Part shown: piece after piece, positions 28,766 through 32,530 of the stretch
How positions within the stretch are numbered: the first letter of the stretch is position 1
How the letters are laid out: the number at the start of each line of letters is the position of its first letter
Source of the DNA: an uncultured Pleurocapsa sp.
Lineage (GTDB): Bacteria; Cyanobacteriota; Cyanobacteriia; Cyanobacteriales; Microcystaceae
Direction: 5' to 3'
Length of the DNA stretch: 32,530 nucleotides
Assembly (NCBI GenBank): GCA_964441015.1
Contig: CAYTUO010000001.1
Coordinates: 1 to 32,530, forward strand
Program-made: the position numbers and the translations under genes
The notes under the pieces: generated by a model
What the model was told of the DNA's origin: nothing
Databases searched by the model: none
Seen by the model: the letters and a program-made list of their open reading frames with translations, nothing else

Positions 28766-29446
28766 ATGTCCCAACCTCCAATCTATAAACGAGTCGTTTT
28801 CTGTGACTTTGATGGCACTATCACCGCGATCGAAACTTTTGCAGGAATGCTCAAAGAATTTGCCCCAGACTTGTCGGCCAAATTGATGCCCCAAATGTAC
28901 GATCGCACCTTAACGTTACGAGAAGGCGTTCGCCAACTGCTAGAATCCATTCCCTCCTCCCGCTACTCCGAAATCCTCGCCTACGCCGCAGATAAACCAA
29001 TCCGTCCGGGTTTAGAAGCGTTGCTAGACTTTCTCGATCCTCAAAACGTCCCTTTTATCATTATTTCTGGGGGGATCTGGGGAATGGTCAAAGAAGTGTT
29101 GAGTCGTCACGGAGTCCTAGAGAGAGTTACCGCCATCTCTGCGGTAGAGATTGACACCCGTCAAGAATATCTCAAAGTTTACTCAGATTACGAAGGAGAT
29201 ACGGAATTAGTTGCCAAAGTTCAAGTGATGGCAAAATATCCCGCCCAGGAAACGATCGCGATTGGGGATTCTCTGACCGATATTAACATGGCACTCAAGG
29301 CAGATCTCGTTTTTGCCCGCGATCGCTTGATCGATTATCTCGAATCAGAGAATAAACCCTACATCCCCTGGAACGACTTTTTTGAAATTCGCGATCGCCT
29401 CGCTGAGAAATGGGAGCGATCGGCAATTCAAAATTCAAAATTTTAA
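28766..29446 (+). CDS. mtnX: HAD-IB phosphatase, MtnX-like (HK-MTPenyl-1-P phosphatase)
   Basis: FCDFDGTIT, ISGG, K, IGDSLTD..MA..ADLVFARD.L; directly upstream of mtnB. Confidence 0.82.
   Translation: MSQPPIYKRVVFCDFDGTITAIETFAGMLKEFAPDLSAKLMPQMYDRTLTLREGVRQLLESIPSSRYSEILAYAADKPIRPGLEALLDFLDPQNVPFIIISGGIWGMVKEVLSRHGVLERVTAISAVEIDTRQEYLKVYSDYEGDTELVAKVQVMAKYPAQETIAIGDSLTDINMALKADLVFARDRLIDYLESENKPYIPWNDFFEIRDRLAEKWERSAIQNSKF
29425..29446 (+). repeat. Heptamer STRR-like tract (AATTCAA) forming the mtnX 3' end
   Basis: aattcaa aattcaa aatttta a. Confidence 0.6.
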
Positions 29447-29497
29447 AATGACTAATAATTAGCGATCGCCTCGCTCGCACTACAGGACTAATCACTG

Positions 29498-30118
29498 ATG
29501 AACTTCGATCCCCGCCCTAACCTAATTGCTTCTGCTAGCCAATTCTACCAACTCGGCTGGATGGTAGGGACGGCTGGCAATCTCTCCGCTAAAACCCCTG
29601 ATGGCAGCTTCTGGATCACCGCTAGCGGGAAAAGTAAAGGACTCTTGCAAGAAAATGACTTCGTGCGCGTGACGCTAGACGGGGAAGTCCTCGATTCATG
29701 CGCTCCCAATAACCGCCCTTCTGCGGAAACCAGCATTCACCAAGCGATTTACTCCCTATTTCCAGAAGCCAACGCCTGTTATCACGTTCACTCCGTCGAG
29801 GCCAATTTAGTTTCTAGTTGGGTAGAAGGAGATAACTTGCCTTTACCTCCGTTGGAAATGGTCAAAGGTTTGGGCGTGTGGGAAGAAAACCCTCAAGTCC
29901 TCATGTCAGTCTTTGAAAATTATCTCGAAGTTCCCCGCATTGCTCAAGCCATACGCGATCGCTTTCAAGTTTCTCCCCCTCAAATTCCTGCCCTTCTCAT
30001 TCGCCATCATGGAGTCACGGTATGGGCAAATTCTCCTGAAACGGCTCAAAATTATGTTGAAGTGGCAGAATACCTCTTTCGATATCTTGTGAGGGCTGGT
30101 CAGTCTGGATACCGATAA
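29498..30118 (+). CDS. mtnB: Methylthioribulose-1-phosphate dehydratase
   Basis: GWMVGTAGNLS, ITASGKSKG, PSAETSIH, HVHS, HHGVTVW: class II aldolase fold. Confidence 0.92.
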   Translation: MNFDPRPNLIASASQFYQLGWMVGTAGNLSAKTPDGSFWITASGKSKGLLQENDFVRVTLDGEVLDSCAPNNRPSAETSIHQAIYSLFPEANACYHVHSVEANLVSSWVEGDNLPLPPLEMVKGLGVWEENPQVLMSVFENYLEVPRIAQAIRDRFQVSPPQIPALLIRHHGVTVWANSPETAQNYVEVAEYLFRYLVRAGQSGYR

Positions 30119-30528
30119 CATGACTCTTCAACAGGACATGATATGACACTAATACTCCAAAAAGTCATGAGACTTCATGAACCGAGTAGCCCTCAGCCAA
30201 GTCCCGTGTCTTTTAATCGCATTACTCAAATTTTAAATTCACTTAAGCCAGTCTTAACAAAAGGGCAATACGATTGGAACGGACTGTAAAAACGGTCACA
30301 AAAAAATACCTGAGATTTTAATCTGCACAGAAAAGCATTTAGATCTCAGAAAAGTTGCTAGTAGAAAACTTGATTTAACCTAATCTATCTAGTCGAGCTA
30401 GATGTTTGGGTCAATAGGAAGTGGCTACTGTTTGTTTGGCGCTTACAGTAGCAGTTCCTAAGTTTTTAGCTAGCCAATTAATAAACCATTAGCCACCAAT
30501 TGTAACTCATAAGGAGAAAAGTAGCAAC

Positions 30529-31389
30529 ATGGTTTTAGTTGGAGTTTCCATCGAAGATAATACAGCCGGCGGCTACAGCGTTTACGCCGCTAACCTGTCT
30601 CCGGTTCCTAACAAGCAAGTAAAAATTATCAACAACATTACTCCCGCAGATCCGGCTGGAAATGCAGACATCGAAGGGCTGGGAACCTTAAATAATAAAG
30701 TCAACGGGATCACCGAATCGAGCAAATTTAATTTTCGGTATGATAACGTTGCCCCTGGACCAGAACTCAAGGTAAAGCTATCAGGCGGGCGTATTGGCGA
30801 CGATGCTGGTGCTGACTATAAAGGAAGTACTCTCTACGATATCCAAGGTATCGGAGATAAGCAATACCAGCTTTACAAAATCGTCGGGACTACGGTGACG
30901 AAAGTTGGAGGCACAGTAAATGAATTTGCTGACGGACTGGCTATCCAAAGCGCAACATCTACATTTGGTTACGCATCCGACTTTGACAATGGTGACGGAG
31001 ATAATGCCGAACTTTATAAAATTGACTTGGGTACTGGCAAGATTCTTGCTACACAAGCAATTACAACTCCTGCTGGCTTTACGTTTGACCAGGATAGCGT
31101 TCTAGACTTTGCTCCAAACGGTAAGCTCTATGCCATCGCCGACCGGACTGAAGATGTCTATCAGGTACTAAACTTTGGCGGAGTAGGAAACGCCAAATTG
31201 GTACTCGTCAATAATGGTCTCCCAAACGCAGCTGGAGCATTGGGCGAATTTGAAGGCTTGGCGATCGCCGACCTGAATATTTCCTTCGTTAGTTCCACTT
31301 CTGCGCTATTCAACACCCAGGCAGGTGGTGATGTACTAACTGCTGCTGCTGCCACCATGTTTGATAGCAGCGCAGTTTCATCGATCTAA
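30529..31389 (+). CDS. Hypothetical protein, probably extracellular, beta-propeller-like repeats
   Basis: RBS AAGGAG (30511-30516); repeated DIEGL/DAGAD/ADGLA/DSVLD/FEGLA and LYxI motifs; no Cys, Trp or His; G/D/N/T-rich. Confidence 0.75.
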   Translation: MVLVGVSIEDNTAGGYSVYAANLSPVPNKQVKIINNITPADPAGNADIEGLGTLNNKVNGITESSKFNFRYDNVAPGPELKVKLSGGRIGDDAGADYKGSTLYDIQGIGDKQYQLYKIVGTTVTKVGGTVNEFADGLAIQSATSTFGYASDFDNGDGDNAELYKIDLGTGKILATQAITTPAGFTFDQDSVLDFAPNGKLYAIADRTEDVYQVLNFGGVGNAKLVLVNNGLPNAAGALGEFEGLAIADLNISFVSSTSALFNTQAGGDVLTAAAATMFDSSAVSSI

Positions 31390-31426
31390 TTCTGTTTGTT
31401 TGAATTAGAAATTCATTAGCCACGAG

Positions 31427-31476
31427 CGGTAGTGCGAACATTTTGGTTGCGAACAAGGCGAGCGATCGCACTACCG
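31427..31476. repeat. 11-bp inverted repeat whose arms together form a HIP1-centred palindrome
   Basis: CGGTAGTGCGA (31427-31437) ... TCGCACTACCG (31466-31476). Confidence 0.7.
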
Positions 31477-31512
31477 TTTACTAAGTCGTTCGACATAACT
31501 CTAAAAAATTTC

Positions 31513-32530
31513 ATGGAAAATTGGACAGAAGGTTACGTTGTAGACATTGACTATACCTATTCATTCTTTGAGGAATTAGATCCGACGTGGATAATCTTTG
31601 CCTTAGCACAAAAGGGTTTTGCCCCACCAAATCATGAAAAGTTCAACTATTGCGAATTAGGCTTTGGACAAGGGTTTGGAACGAATCTTTTTGCTGCACT
31701 TAACCCTCAAGGCGAATTTTGGGCAACCGACTTTAATCCCAGCCATACTTGTGAAGCGCAGCGTTTAGCAGATGAGGCTGGCTCAAAAAACGTTTATTTT
31801 TATGACAAAAGTTTTGAAGAGTTTTTAAATACCGATACCCCTCAATTCGATTTCATCGTCCTACACGGGATTTACTCTTGGATCAGCGATAAGAACCAAA
31901 ATATCATTGTAGAGATCCTGCGGCGCAAGCTAAAGGTCGGAGGTGCAGTTTATATTAGCTACAACACCATGCCAGGTTGGGCAGCAGCGAGTCCTCTGCA
32001 AAAGCTGATGTTTGAATATGCAGCGCAAACAAAAGAACCAACCCTCAATCAGATCGAAAAGACAGTCGCTTTTGTTGATAAGCTCAAAGAACTCAAAGCT
32101 GGTTTCTTTACAGCTAACCCTGTTGCAGGACAACAACTAGGTACAATTCTCAAATTCAAAGAATCGCGTTCTAACTATCTCATTCACGAGTACTTGAATC
32201 ATCACTGGCAGCCACTATATTTCTTTGAAGTGGCGCGACGGCTAGCAGATGCCAAGCTGACATTTGCGACATCCGCAATATTAGCAGATCAATTCGTCAG
32301 TCAACGTTTCAGCCAAGAGCAACAGCAATTGCTTGCTGAAGTGACCGTTCCCGAACTGCGCGAGACAGTGCAAGACTACTTTGTCAATCGATATTTCCGA
32401 AAGGATATATTTGTCAGAGGTCTACGCAGACTGAAGCCGCAAGAACGCACTGAAATTCTTGGAAAGTTTGGTTTTACCCTAGTCTTACCTTCTCTAGAAG
32501 ATGTTAAATACGAAGTACAAATGGCTGGCA
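31513..32530 (+). CDS. Class I SAM-dependent methyltransferase with methyltransferase-regulatory domain (partial, runs off window; not in ORF track)
   Basis: MENWTEGYVVDIDYTYSFFEELDP, SAM motif ELGFGQG, TDFNPSH, FDFIVLHGIYSWIS, YISYNTMPGW, YLIHEYLN..W.PLYF, FRKDIFV. Confidence 0.9.
   Translation, partial: MENWTEGYVVDIDYTYSFFEELDPTWIIFALAQKGFAPPNHEKFNYCELGFGQGFGTNLFAALNPQGEFWATDFNPSHTCEAQRLADEAGSKNVYFYDKSFEEFLNTDTPQFDFIVLHGIYSWISDKNQNIIVEILRRKLKVGGAVYISYNTMPGWAAASPLQKLMFEYAAQTKEPTLNQIEKTVAFVDKLKELKAGFFTANPVAGQQLGTILKFKESRSNYLIHEYLNHHWQPLYFFEVARRLADAKLTFATSAILADQFVSQRFSQEQQQLLAEVTVPELRETVQDYFVNRYFRKDIFVRGLRRLKPQERTEILGKFGFTLVLPSLEDVKYEVQMAG

Larger units (their letters stand above)
447..31469. 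repeat. HIP1 octamer GCGATCGC dispersed throughout window
   Basis: More than 40 copies by hand count (e.g. 447, 891, 7001, 12601, 20541, 29391, 31462); cyanobacterial hallmark. Confidence 0.95.

Noticed and set aside
30143-30289. 48-codon ORF (MTLILQKVMRLHEPSS...DWNGL) after mtnB
   Set aside because: No clear RBS or recognisable motif; starts within a repeat remnant; likely chance.
30424-30452. GCTACTGT/ACAGTAGC inverted repeat upstream of 30529 as a riboswitch
   Set aside because: Simple 8-bp stem with no recognisable riboswitch consensus.
31930-32136. 68-aa minus-strand ORF
   Set aside because: Antisense to the methyltransferase starting at 31513, which the ORF track omitted because it lacks a stop in the window.

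Overview
Cyanobacterial chromosomal window: the HIP1 octamer GCGATCGC occurs more than 40 times by my hand count, and petN and chlH are present. Housekeeping genes are ffh, petN, recQ, chlH, aspS, nadK and mtnX-mtnB. Accessory genes are a 954-aa RTX Ca-binding protein followed by a stand-alone DUF4347 protein, a Uma2 endonuclease, a GldA/F/G-like ABC transporter preceded by a small protein + retropepsin-like protease pair, a truncated HicB, a dual-kinase-domain/TM/TPR Ser/Thr kinase, a DXCF-type GAF protein, and a signal-peptide-less beta-propeller-like protein followed by a SAM methyltransferase that runs off the window. The ORF track missed three genes: petN (12408-12497), a 47-aa membrane protein (12501-12644) and the methyltransferase (31513->32530). 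The most notable signals are: (1) a GTAG-type REP palindrome in frame inside chlH, with an intergenic copy at 17014; (2) an identical 19-bp element upstream of both the RTX and DUF4347 genes, whose 10-bp core recurs in two other intergenic regions; (3) an apparent His->Gln change in the DUF4347 peptidase-like motif; (4) a probable IS200/IS605-type end hairpin at the window start; and (5) several small mobile or repeat elements. I saw no CRISPR array, rRNA or tRNA. Family assignments come from motif recognition, not database searches.
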